Source: Sphingobacteriales bacterium (GTDB lineage Bacteria > Bacteroidota > Bacteroidia > Chitinophagales > JADIYW01). Taken from it: 64,000 nt of DNA. Below are positions 1 to 9,572 of the stretch, one piece after another. Positions within the stretch are counted from its first letter, which is position 1, and every line of letters starts with the position of its first letter. The notes below the pieces were generated by a model, which saw only the letters and a program-made list of their open reading frames with translations, was not told the origin of the DNA and did no database searches. Location of the stretch: assembly GCA_947460245.1 (NCBI GenBank), contig CANHGL010000003.1, positions 15,968 to 79,967 of the forward strand, in the 5' to 3' direction. Made by a program: the position numbers and the translations under genes.

Positions 1-31
1 ACGGTACCTAGTCTTTCTTTCCGGTTTTTGC

Positions 32-931
32 TCATGGTAAATAATCTTGTGGAACAATATAATTAAGGGCTTGTTTTTTTATAGTAGCAGTGATGTTGTT
101 AGTGCAGCCTTTAAAATCACCATCCATCTGTAAGGCTTGCAGGGTATTCGTGCTTAGTTTTAGTTTTTTACAGGTATATGTTTCCAAAAAATCCTCAGCT
201 GCCACATCTCCCCAAAATGCTTCTTTAATAATATGAGGCAGTTTTAACTTATTAAAGTCTTTTACTATTGTGATTTCAAATATACCATCATTCATCACGC
301 TTTCATGACAAAATTCTACGTTGTAGCCTACTTGTCCGGAATTGGTTATAAGAACGGTATAGGCTTTTCTTGTAAAGGGTTTGTGGTTGTCTAAAGTAAT
401 AGTATAGGTAGGGAGTTGATAGGTAAATACAGTCGATAGTATACTGGTTAGGTAAGACCCTACACCGCGAAAAGGGATTTTATCGAACTGCTGTATCACT
501 TTTCCATCGTATCCTAATCCTGCAGCCATAAAAAATGCCTGACCATTCAATAATATGGCATCTATGGGAAATATTTTACCCGTATTAATTAATTGGATTG
601 CTTGCGGAATATGAAGGGGTATATTTAATTTGCGAGCATTAGCATTACCCGATCCAGTTGGAATGTTAGCCATGGTAACACCGGTATTCATTAATACTTG
701 TCCAACTTCATTTTGTGTACCATCTCCACCTACCACAGCAACGATATCTATTTCTTCAATTAAACATTGTTGCGCAATCTTAATAGCATGCCCTGCATAT
801 TGAGTAGGCATGATGTCATAGGTAAATTTATTAAGGTCGAGGTTTTGCTTAATCATACGCTCGTTGAATCGGGAACGCAGATTACCACCAGATCTTGGAT
901 TTAATATAAAACGGACGCTCTTTTTTTTCAA
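32..931 (-). CDS. Diacylglycerol/lipid kinase family protein (YegS/BmrU-like)
   Basis: NPRSG, VGGDGT, IPTGSGN and QMDGD motifs; TTG start. Confidence 0.9.
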   Translation of the reverse strand: MKKKSVRFILNPRSGGNLRSRFNERMIKQNLDLNKFTYDIMPTQYAGHAIKIAQQCLIEEIDIVAVVGGDGTQNEVGQVLMNTGVTMANIPTGSGNANARKLNIPLHIPQAIQLINTGKIFPIDAILLNGQAFFMAAGLGYDGKVIQQFDKIPFRGVGSYLTSILSTVFTYQLPTYTITLDNHKPFTRKAYTVLITNSGQVGYNVEFCHESVMNDGIFEITIVKDFNKLKLPHIIKEAFWGDVAAEDFLETYTCKKLKLSTNTLQALQMDGDFKGCTNNITATIKKQALNYIVPQDYLP

Positions 932-943
932 AATACAATAGAT

Positions 944-1795
944 TTAAATAATCTCTGCTTTTAAGCTTAAGTCAAGACTCTTCACAGAGTGCGTAAGTGC
1001 CCCCACAGAAATGTAATTGACTCCTGTTTCAGCAAATTTACGTATGGTCTCCAATGTAATTCCTCCGCTGGCTTCTGTATCAAATCTTCCATTTATCAGT
1101 TCTATAGCTTCCTTCACTTTTTTAGGAGTAAAGTTGTCCAACATTATTCGATCTATTCCCCCGCACTCCAATACTTCTTTTACGTCTTCTATACTGCGTG
1201 TTTCAACTTCTATGGCCAATTTTAAATGTGTCTGTTCCAGATAGTGATGTGCTTTGCTGATAGCTTTGGTTATTCCTCCACAGAAATCAATATGATTATC
1301 TTTAAGTAGAATCATATCATAGAGTCCAAAACGATGGTTACAACCGCCACCAACAGTTACTGCATATTTTTCCAGAAAACGTAGGTTAGGTGTTGTTTTT
1401 CTTGTATCCATTACCTTTGCCCTTGTACCCTCAATGGCTTTAACATAGGCATTTGTTATGGTAGCAATACCACTCATGCGCTGCATGCAGTTTAAAACTA
1501 ATCGCTCTGCTGTTAAAATAGATATGGCATTGCCATAGACAGTTAGAATAATATCTCCTTTTTGTACATATGCACCATCAGTGTAATTACATTTTACTGT
1601 AAGGTCTGAATCTACTTTTTGAAATATGGCAAGTGCCACAGGGATACCACAAATAATGCCATCTTCTTTTACGAGAAGCTGAGCGCTTCCTGTACTGTCT
1701 TTTTCCAATGCTGCCAGAGAGGTGTGATCGCCATCACGAACGTCTTCCTGTAAGGCTTTTTCAATAAGCTGATCGAGTTCATGTTTATCTATCAT
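944..1795 (-). CDS. nadC: Nicotinate-nucleotide pyrophosphorylase (quinolinate phosphoribosyltransferase)
   Basis: DTRKTTP, HRFGLYDMILLKDNH, IMLDN, EASGG, SVGALTHS. Confidence 0.98.
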   Translation of the reverse strand: MIDKHELDQLIEKALQEDVRDGDHTSLAALEKDSTGSAQLLVKEDGIICGIPVALAIFQKVDSDLTVKCNYTDGAYVQKGDIILTVYGNAISILTAERLVLNCMQRMSGIATITNAYVKAIEGTRAKVMDTRKTTPNLRFLEKYAVTVGGGCNHRFGLYDMILLKDNHIDFCGGITKAISKAHHYLEQTHLKLAIEVETRSIEDVKEVLECGGIDRIMLDNFTPKKVKEAIELINGRFDTEASGGITLETIRKFAETGVNYISVGALTHSVKSLDLSLKAEII

Positions 1796-1860
1796 GAAGC
1801 AAGATTAATGATTTTGATGAAATAAATGAAATAAACGGAATATCTGTTCTACTAAAATAC

Positions 1861-2253
1861 TTATTCTTTCTCGAACCGGATTTCCTGAGTGTAATTTACG
1901 CCATTACTCTTTTTGATGTATACATAGGAACGGTAAGAACCATTATTAGTACTAAGGCTCCCAATAATATATTGGGCACCATCAGGTGATGTTCCTTTAT
2001 GAAGTATAGAAAAGTCTCTGGAAGTAAATCTCCCCAAAAAGTTTCTTAATATCATCTCTGCCTGTTGGCTACTGTAATTATCAGAAACTTCATCTATGGT
2101 AATGTCTACTCGTTTATCAAAATTCTTCGCTAATGCTGAGGCATTTGCCGTTTTTAATGCTGCAGGAATGGAGCTGATAACGTCCTGACTATTCGCCTTA
2201 AATATATAAATCAGAGAAAATATTAATAAGAATATTGGCTTTAAAACCTTCAT
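1861..2253 (-). CDS. Secreted DUF4783-like protein
   Basis: Signal peptide; YSSQQAEMILRNF and HKGTS..YIIGSL patterns; adjacent to nadC. Confidence 0.75.
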   Translation of the reverse strand: MKVLKPIFLLIFSLIYIFKANSQDVISSIPAALKTANASALAKNFDKRVDITIDEVSDNYSSQQAEMILRNFLGRFTSRDFSILHKGTSPDGAQYIIGSLSTNNGSYRSYVYIKKSNGVNYTQEIRFEKE

Positions 2254-2260
2254 AAAATCG

Positions 2261-2268
2261 TATTTTTG
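2261..2268 (+). promoter_or_regulatory. Bacteroidota -7 promoter element upstream of gpmI
   Basis: TATTTTTG matches TAnnTTTG. Confidence 0.45.
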
Positions 2269-2278
2269 TACATGTTAG

Positions 2279-2295
2279 TGCACATTTAGTGCCAA
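2279..2295 (-). promoter_or_regulatory. Candidate sigma54 -24/-12 promoter for the DUF4783-like gene
   Basis: Minus strand reads TTGGCACTAAATGTGCA (GG-N10-GC), about 26 nt upstream of the ATG. Confidence 0.55.
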
Positions 2296-2336
2296 ACATA
2301 CTCTAAAAAAATAAATTCTAATAAAAAATCACTTTA

Positions 2337-3875
2337 TTGAAAAGGCGGCAACAAAAGGCAATGTTGATAATTATGGATGGATGGGGTATCAATAGAGATC
2401 CATCTTCTAGTGCCATTGAAGCAGCAGCTACTCCCTTTGTGGATAGTTTGTATTTAAATTACCCCAACACTGGACTTTTGACACATGGGGATTATGTGGG
2501 TTTACCCTCACATCAAATGGGAAATTCTGAAGTTGGGCATATGAATTTAGGTGCCGGCAGGATAGTTTATCAGGATTTAATGTTGATTAACCAAAAGATT
2601 AAAACCCTAGAGATAGAGAAGAATGAAGTTTTGATGCAAGCCATGGACTATGCTGTACAGGAACAGAAGAAAGTGCATTTTTTAGGTTTAGTATCTGATG
2701 GGGGAATACACGCTCATATAAATCATTTAAAGAGTTTAATTAGTATTGCCCATAAGAAAGGGGTGAGCCAAAGTTTTATTCATGCTTTTACTGATGGGAG
2801 AGATACAGATCCAAAGAGTGGGTTACGTTTTTTAAGCGACCTGGAGGCGTATTGTTTAGATACCCCTACCCGTATTGCTTCTGTTTGTGGAAGGTATTAT
2901 GCTATGGATCGCGATAGCAGGTGGGAGCGTATCAGAGAGGCCTATGATCTTATTGTTTCTGCGAAGGGTGCGAAGTTTTCTAATGTAAAGGATGGAATCA
3001 GTAATTCATACGGTAATAACATTACAGATGAATTTATTAAGCCCTTTTTCATTACTGGTGCTGATGGAAATCCAACTGCAGTTATTGAAGAAGGCGATGT
3101 TGTAATCTGTTTTAATTTCAGGACAGACAGATGTCGGGAAATCACTATTGCACTGACGCAGCAAAATATGCCTGATTATCACATGTATTGTATGCCATTA
3201 TATTTTGTTACCATGACCATATATGATGAACGCTTTAAAAATATAAAGACAATCTTTGGTAAAGACAATATAAAGAATTCTCTGGGTGAGGTTATTTCGA
3301 AAAACGGATTGACACAATTGCGCATTGCAGAAACGGAAAAATATCCTCATGTTACCTTCTTTTTTTCAGGAGGCAGGGAGCCTGTATTTGAAGGGGAGGA
3401 GCGCGTTGTAATTCCTTCGCCAAAGGTTGCTACGTATGATTTACAACCAGAAATGAGTGCCTATCAAATTAAGGATGCGGTTATCAATAAAATAGAGTCT
3501 TCTGCCCCAGACTTTATCTGTCTTAATTTCGCTAATGCTGATATGGTAGGGCATACAGGTATTTTTAAAGCAGCTGTAAAGGCGGCAGAGACCGTAGATA
3601 CTTGTGTGGGTCAGGTAATTAAAAAAGCATTGGAAAAAGACTACTATATATTTTTGACTGCTGATCACGGTAATGCAGATTATATTGTTAATGAAGATGG
3701 TACCCCAAATACAGCGCATACAAAAAATATTGTGCCTTTATTTTTTATCAGCAATACCTTCATAGGTAATTTACAACCGGGCAAGCTTTCGGATATAGCC
3801 CCTACTATCTTAAAATCTATGCATTTAGAAATTCCTCAGGAGATGGATGGAGTAAATTTGCTACAAGAATCTTAA
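2337..3875 (+). CDS. gpmI: 2,3-bisphosphoglycerate-independent phosphoglycerate mutase
   Basis: IMDGWG, MGNSEVGH, DGRDT, AETEKYPHVTFF, DMVGHTG, TADHGN. Confidence 0.98.
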   Translation: MKRRQQKAMLIIMDGWGINRDPSSSAIEAAATPFVDSLYLNYPNTGLLTHGDYVGLPSHQMGNSEVGHMNLGAGRIVYQDLMLINQKIKTLEIEKNEVLMQAMDYAVQEQKKVHFLGLVSDGGIHAHINHLKSLISIAHKKGVSQSFIHAFTDGRDTDPKSGLRFLSDLEAYCLDTPTRIASVCGRYYAMDRDSRWERIREAYDLIVSAKGAKFSNVKDGISNSYGNNITDEFIKPFFITGADGNPTAVIEEGDVVICFNFRTDRCREITIALTQQNMPDYHMYCMPLYFVTMTIYDERFKNIKTIFGKDNIKNSLGEVISKNGLTQLRIAETEKYPHVTFFFSGGREPVFEGEERVVIPSPKVATYDLQPEMSAYQIKDAVINKIESSAPDFICLNFANADMVGHTGIFKAAVKAAETVDTCVGQVIKKALEKDYYIFLTADHGNADYIVNEDGTPNTAHTKNIVPLFFISNTFIGNLQPGKLSDIAPTILKSMHLEIPQEMDGVNLLQES

Positions 3876-3877
3876 AC

Positions 3878-4486
3878 ATGGGAGATAGTAAAATTGATAT
3901 AAGCTTGTTAAAAGCAGAAAGAAGGCTAAAAATCATTTTTTTCTACATTTTTATTTTAGTTCCCATTGTGTTCATGGTATCCTGTAAACAGGAAAAGGCT
4001 GATATTTCTGAGAAAGGCTCTTATTTTGATTTAAAAGCTGTTGTAGAGGATGACATAGCCTATAATACCAAGAATGCTTGTGCGGAGCTGAAGCAAGTGA
4101 TGGTAAATTCTATTCAGGAGCGCAAGTTCATTGCCAATGTAGATTGGTATAAAGAATTACAAGCTATATTAGAGAGTGATATCAATAAGCCTGCATGGAA
4201 AGGTAAGTTTCTGGTAGATACTATTATGGGTGATTTATCTGGTCAGTATACTATTCAATACAGCGCTATATCTGATAAGATAAATATTAAACTACTGAAG
4301 GTGAGTTTTGTGAATGGTCATCTTGAAAAGATTTATATACTTAAGCAAATACAATCCTTTATTTTTGCATCTAATCAGACAATAGAATATTTTCCAAAGA
4401 AAGGATTCAAAGTATCGGGAGAGCAGCGTGCAGTAATGATGAAAAAATTTGATTTAAACGTAGAGGTAAATTATAGTTGTAAATAG
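3878..4486 (+). CDS. Hypothetical lipoprotein
   Basis: Hydrophobic segment ending MVSC lipobox; tightly packed between gpmI and hisS. Confidence 0.65.
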   Translation: MGDSKIDISLLKAERRLKIIFFYIFILVPIVFMVSCKQEKADISEKGSYFDLKAVVEDDIAYNTKNACAELKQVMVNSIQERKFIANVDWYKELQAILESDINKPAWKGKFLVDTIMGDLSGQYTIQYSAISDKINIKLLKVSFVNGHLEKIYILKQIQSFIFASNQTIEYFPKKGFKVSGEQRAVMMKKFDLNVEVNYSCK

Positions 4487-4491
4487 AGAAT

Positions 4492-5796
4492 ATGTCGAAG
4501 ATAATTCCAAGAGTTTTTAAGGGAGCACGTGATTTTTTACCTGAGCAGATGTTGCATCGGGAACGTATCATGCAAATTATGCGAACGACATTTAAGAAGT
4601 ATGGTTTTGCTCCTTTGGAAACCCCTGCTATAGAATACCTTGATGTGCTAACTGGAAAGTACGGTGAAGATGCAGATAGATTAATCTATCACCTAAACTA
4701 TAAAAATGGAACAAAAGATGAGGCGGCATTGCACTATGATCTAACAGTGCCATTCTCTAGAGTAGTTGCTATGCATCCGGATTTAGTTTTACCATTTAAA
4801 CGTTATCAGATGCAGCCGGTATGGAGAGCCGATAGGCCTCAGCCACATCAGGGAAGATTCCGAGAGTTTTATCAGTGTGATGTAGACTGTGTGGGTGCTA
4901 CAACAATGATTGTAGATGCTGAAATGATAGCAATAACCTATGAAGTCTTATCTCAGTTGGGATTTACTGACTTTTTGATTAAAATCAATAATCGAAAAAT
5001 CCTAAATGGGCTAGTTCAGTTTATAGGCCTTGATGGCAATTTCACGCAAGAGGTTTGTCGCTCTATCGACAAGATGGATAAAATGGATTGGAAGGATATT
5101 GTAAAAGAACTGAAAGAAAAGAATATTCCTGATGCTGCCATTGCTAAGTTAGAAGGATTACTCCAGAAAGATCTTTCTTTAGAAAGTCTTGGTGTAGAAT
5201 TAAAGGAAGTGGAGGGTTGTCAGGAAGGTATAGCAGAGTTAAAGCAGGTCTTTACCTATTTAAATGTTTTAGGTATTCCTAAGCATGCATATAAATTTGA
5301 TATTGCTTTGGCGAGAGGTCTCGATTATTATACAGGACCAATTTTTGAAACTAAATTGCCGGAACATCCACATATAGGATCATTAACAGGAGGCGGCAGA
5401 TATGATACGCTTATTGGTGCATTTACCGGTAAATCAATGCCTGCAGTGGGTACCACGCTTGGCTTGGATAGAATTTATACCGCTTTGCATCAGCTTAATC
5501 TGCTTGAGGATATTAAAACATCTACGAAGGTTCTGGTAGGGAATTTTGGGGAGGATACAATGGAAGCTGCCCTTAAGTTAGTTGCTGCTTTAAGAAGCAA
5601 AGGGATAAATACAGAATTTTATCCTGAATCTGAGAAACTTAAAAAACAGTTTTCTTATTGCGACCGAAAAAATATACCCTATATCTGTATTATAGGGGAA
5701 AGTGAGCTTCAGGAAGACAAGATTTCACTTAAAAATATGAAGTCAGGGGAGCAACAAATGATGTCTATTCAGGAAATTATTGCCCTATTGCAATAA
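4492..5796 (+). CDS. hisS: Histidine--tRNA ligase
   Basis: KGARDF, YDLTVPF, GRFREFYQCDVD, ARGLDYYTG, GGGRYD, C-terminal anticodon-binding domain. Confidence 0.98.
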   Translation: MSKIIPRVFKGARDFLPEQMLHRERIMQIMRTTFKKYGFAPLETPAIEYLDVLTGKYGEDADRLIYHLNYKNGTKDEAALHYDLTVPFSRVVAMHPDLVLPFKRYQMQPVWRADRPQPHQGRFREFYQCDVDCVGATTMIVDAEMIAITYEVLSQLGFTDFLIKINNRKILNGLVQFIGLDGNFTQEVCRSIDKMDKMDWKDIVKELKEKNIPDAAIAKLEGLLQKDLSLESLGVELKEVEGCQEGIAELKQVFTYLNVLGIPKHAYKFDIALARGLDYYTGPIFETKLPEHPHIGSLTGGGRYDTLIGAFTGKSMPAVGTTLGLDRIYTALHQLNLLEDIKTSTKVLVGNFGEDTMEAALKLVAALRSKGINTEFYPESEKLKKQFSYCDRKNIPYICIIGESELQEDKISLKNMKSGEQQMMSIQEIIALLQ

Positions 5797-5834
5797 ATAA
5801 CTAAACAATCACCCTTCTTCTGTGTTTGTACTAA

Positions 5835-6806
5835 ATGCAGGAGATAGTACGAAAAAATTATACCTCTCTTAATGTGTTGTTAATTATAGCAGGTGTTTAT
5901 CATCTTCTTTGGGGTTGCAGTATATTAATTTTTCCCAATTTCTTTTTTTTCATGGAAGACATACCTGTTCCAAATTACATGGAACTATGGCAGATAACAG
6001 GATTTTACACAGCTATATTTGGTGTTGCGTATTTTATGGCTTCCTTTAATCCAATCAGGCATTGGCGTATCGTTTTCTTGGGCTTCATTACTAAGCTATT
6101 GATTGTTCTTTCTTTCCTTTGGAGTTACATCCATGATACTTCTTCCTTTTATATTCTTTACAAGATGATTCTCGTAAACCATGGTATTTGGCTATTCCCA
6201 TTTGGATTAGTATTGTACTATGCTTACAGACAAAAATATATAATAGATAACGAGTTGATAATTTTCAATAATTCTTCGGCCGATGAGTTACTTGAGATTT
6301 TTACTACTAATAAAGGTGATACTATTAAAGATAGTAGTAACGTACAACCTGTATTGTTGGTATTTTTAAGGCATATTGGTTGTGTGTTTTGTAAGGAGAC
6401 ACTGATGAATATTAAGAAGCTGAAAGACGAGATAGATTTAGGAGATACTAAGATAATTCTGGTTAATATGACAGATGAAAAGAACTTCAGCAGAGCTTTG
6501 TTGAAGTACGACCTTTCGGATACAGATTTTGTATGTGATCCAGAATCAATTCTTTATAAAGCATTTAAATTAAAAAGAGGCTCACTCACCCAGTTATTTG
6601 GCCTTAAAGTCTTATTCCGCGCCTTTCAATTCTGGTTAAAAACTGGGGACTTTGTCACAGTAGATAATGATGCTGATGTTTATCAGATGCCGGGTATATT
6701 TTTGATTTACAAAGGAGAGATTATAAAACAGTACGTATATGAGTCTGTTGCAGATATCCCTTCACTTAAGCACCTGACTACACTTGATGCTAAAGTTCCT
6801 TCCTAA
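5835..6806 (+). CDS. Membrane domain fused to a peroxiredoxin-like (AhpC/TSA_2, SelL/PRXL2-related) redoxin
   Basis: About 4 N-terminal TM helices; LVFLRHIGCVFC, DP..LYKAF.L.RG and QMPGIFLI motifs. Confidence 0.75.
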   Translation: MQEIVRKNYTSLNVLLIIAGVYHLLWGCSILIFPNFFFFMEDIPVPNYMELWQITGFYTAIFGVAYFMASFNPIRHWRIVFLGFITKLLIVLSFLWSYIHDTSSFYILYKMILVNHGIWLFPFGLVLYYAYRQKYIIDNELIIFNNSSADELLEIFTTNKGDTIKDSSNVQPVLLVFLRHIGCVFCKETLMNIKKLKDEIDLGDTKIILVNMTDEKNFSRALLKYDLSDTDFVCDPESILYKAFKLKRGSLTQLFGLKVLFRAFQFWLKTGDFVTVDNDADVYQMPGIFLIYKGEIIKQYVYESVADIPSLKHLTTLDAKVPS

Positions 6807-6910
6807 TTTACCCTTTAGTTTTACCCCCTTGTATTGTAGTAGTTATTTTATATTTTTAAAATGAAGTGCTTTAATAGCCTACATTCAACATCTAATTTTC
6901 AAAAAGCGAG

Positions 6911-8014
6911 ATGATAGCCTATCGATTTTCCAAATATATTTCCGTTACAGATCAGGATGCATCTGATTATGATAAGTTATTTAATATCATGAGGCAGATT
7001 CTTACTTATACCTCAGGCGATGTTCAAGAAGCATTACAATGGCTTACTGAATTAGATAAACAATACAAGTTGTCTAATAATGAATATGGAATTGGAGATT
7101 TTGTCCGTGATTTGGTAGATAAAGGATATTTACAGCAAGAAAATCCAAATAGTGATAATTTGAAGATTTCGGCAAAGATGGAAAAGTCTATTCGCCAGAG
7201 GTCTTTGGAAGATATTTTTGGAAAACTTAAAAAATCTAAACGTGGAAATCATAAATCTAACTTTGGTGGAAATGGGGATGAGCCAACAGGAAATATCCGA
7301 CCTTATCAGTTTGGAGATAAACCTGAGCAGATATTAATGACAGAGTCACTGAGAAATGCACAAGTGAATAACACATCTGATGAATTTCTTTTACAAGAAA
7401 GTGATTTAGAAGTGTCGGAGCAAGAGCATCAGGTTCAGTCATCTACAGTGCTGATGATTGATATCTCTCATTCCATGATATTATATGGTGAAGACAGGAT
7501 AACTCCGGCCAAGAAGGTTGCTATGGCTTTGTCTGAACTTATCATGACCAAATACCCTAAAGACACCTTGGATGTTATTGTTTTTGGTAACGATGCCTGG
7601 CAAATTAAAGTAAAAGACTTGCCTTATTTGCAGGTTGGTCCATATCATACCAATACAGTTGCTGGATTGGATTTGGCTATGGATATTCTCAGAAGAAGAA
7701 AGAATGCAAACAAGCATATATTTATGATTACAGATGGCAAACCTACTTGTCTAAAAGAAGGACTAACTTATTATAAGAACAGTTTTGGGTTAGACAGAAA
7801 AATCATCAATAAGTGTTATAACTATGCTGCTCAATGTAGAAGAAATAACATACCTATTACAACTTTTATGATTGCTCAAGATCCTTACCTACAACAGTTT
7901 GTTCAGGAGTTTACAGAGATTAATAAAGGAAAGGCATACTACACATCGCTGGATGGCTTGGGTGATTTTCTTTTTGAGGATTATGAGAGAAATAGAAAAC
8001 GAAAAGTACGTTAA
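6911..8014 (+). CDS. VWA domain protein
   Basis: MIDAS DISHS, TNT, MITDGKP. Confidence 0.9.
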   Translation: MIAYRFSKYISVTDQDASDYDKLFNIMRQILTYTSGDVQEALQWLTELDKQYKLSNNEYGIGDFVRDLVDKGYLQQENPNSDNLKISAKMEKSIRQRSLEDIFGKLKKSKRGNHKSNFGGNGDEPTGNIRPYQFGDKPEQILMTESLRNAQVNNTSDEFLLQESDLEVSEQEHQVQSSTVLMIDISHSMILYGEDRITPAKKVAMALSELIMTKYPKDTLDVIVFGNDAWQIKVKDLPYLQVGPYHTNTVAGLDLAMDILRRRKNANKHIFMITDGKPTCLKEGLTYYKNSFGLDRKIINKCYNYAAQCRRNNIPITTFMIAQDPYLQQFVQEFTEINKGKAYYTSLDGLGDFLFEDYERNRKRKVR

Positions 8015-8060
8015 TTTTTATCTAGTAAATATTCATTTCAGAAAATTAGTTTTAAAAAAC

Positions 8061-9572
8061 ATGAAAAAAATAACAACTCTTGGTCAGTTAAAGAAGTCTT
8101 CTTATAAGTCTAAATCTATTAAGGAAGAATTGAGAGATAATTTATTGGAACGTCTAAAGGCACATCAAAAATCATTTAATGGAATAATAGGTTATGATAC
8201 TACCGTTATTCCTGATGTGGAGCGTGCTATCCTGTCCAGGCACAATATTTTACTATTGGGGCTAAGAGGTCAGGCTAAGACCCGTATAGCACGACAGATG
8301 GTAAACCTCTTAGATGAGTATATTCCAATAGTTGGAGGTAGTGAAATATTGGATGATCCTTTTCAGCCTTTATCTATTTATTCTAGAAATTTAATTGAAA
8401 TAAATGGAGATGAAACACCGGTTGAATGGGTGCATAGAGATGAGCGTTTTGGAGAAAAGCTTGCTACACCAGATGTAACTGTAGCGGATTTAATCGGAGA
8501 TGTTGATCCAATCAAGGCTGCTACGCAAAAGTTGCATTATGCTGACGAACGAGTATTGCATTTTGGGATTATCCCCCGTAGTAATCGTAGTATTTTTGTG
8601 ATTAATGAGTTGCCAGATTTACAGGCGCGTATTCAAGTGGCTCTGTTCAATCTATTGGAGGAGGGCGATTTACAAATCAGAGGATTCAAACTAAGATTTC
8701 CTTTAGATATTCAGTTTGTATTTACAGCCAATCCTGAAGATTATACGAATCGTGGCAGTATAGTTACTCCTTTGAAAGATAGAATTGAATCGCAGATATT
8801 GACACATTACCCTAAAACTATAGCAGATTCTAAAGCGATCACTGCACAAGAGGCAAAACTATCTGACGCTCAACTTAAGCGAGTACTTATTCCTGATATA
8901 TCAAAAGATCTAATTGAAAATATCGCTTTTGCAGCAAGAGATAGTGAGTTTGTTGACGAGAAAAGTGGAGTATCTGCTCGATTAACGATTTCTGCAATGG
9001 AGAATTTGGTAAGTACTGCTGAGCGTAGGGCTGTTTTAAACGGAGAAAAACAGACGATGATACGATTGTCTGATTTTTCTGGAGTTTTTGCTGCAATAAC
9101 GGGAAAAATTGAAATGGTATATGAGGGGGAGCAGGAAGGCCCTGTTCGTGTTGCTCAAAATATAATTGATAAGGCTATTCGTAATGTATTTGTTCAATAT
9201 TTTCCAAATCCTACTAAGGTTAAAAAAAGAAAATCTGCACAATCGGAGGATACTATTTATCGTACGGTTCAGGCTTATTTTGAGGAGGGGAATGTGATAG
9301 ATATAATGGTTGATCAGTCGGATGAAGCGTATAAAAAGAAATTAGATGGGATTAGCGGGTTACGTGACCTTGTAATGGCGCACGTAAAAGTAGCCACTAA
9401 AAATGAGCTATATGTATGGATGGAATTTGTATTACATGGCATGGCTGCCTATTCTTTATTGAGTAAGTTTCAATTGGAGGAGGGTAGTAAATTTTCAGAT
9501 ATTACCACTGCTATGTTTAATTTCTCAAAGGGTGGAGAGGTAGATGATGATTTAAAAGAATTATTTACCTAG
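8061..9572 (+). CDS. AAA+ ATPase, Mg-chelatase ChlI/MoxR-like
   Basis: GLRGQAKT, IFVINELPDL, ANPEDYTNRG, PLKDRI; start moved to the ATG at 8061, downstream of the VWA stop. Confidence 0.88.
   Translation: MKKITTLGQLKKSSYKSKSIKEELRDNLLERLKAHQKSFNGIIGYDTTVIPDVERAILSRHNILLLGLRGQAKTRIARQMVNLLDEYIPIVGGSEILDDPFQPLSIYSRNLIEINGDETPVEWVHRDERFGEKLATPDVTVADLIGDVDPIKAATQKLHYADERVLHFGIIPRSNRSIFVINELPDLQARIQVALFNLLEEGDLQIRGFKLRFPLDIQFVFTANPEDYTNRGSIVTPLKDRIESQILTHYPKTIADSKAITAQEAKLSDAQLKRVLIPDISKDLIENIAFAARDSEFVDEKSGVSARLTISAMENLVSTAERRAVLNGEKQTMIRLSDFSGVFAAITGKIEMVYEGEQEGPVRVAQNIIDKAIRNVFVQYFPNPTKVKKRKSAQSEDTIYRTVQAYFEEGNVIDIMVDQSDEAYKKKLDGISGLRDLVMAHVKVATKNELYVWMEFVLHGMAAYSLLSKFQLEEGSKFSDITTAMFNFSKGGEVDDDLKELFT

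Noticed and set aside
6370-6395. Selenocysteine recoding in the SelL-like redoxin
   Set aside because: Both CxxC cysteines are TGT codons; there is no in-frame TGA.
7872-8060. N-terminal extension of the AAA+ ATPase
   Set aside because: Overlaps the VWA gene by more than 140 nt; the ATG at 8061 has an A-rich leader and gives a plausible start.
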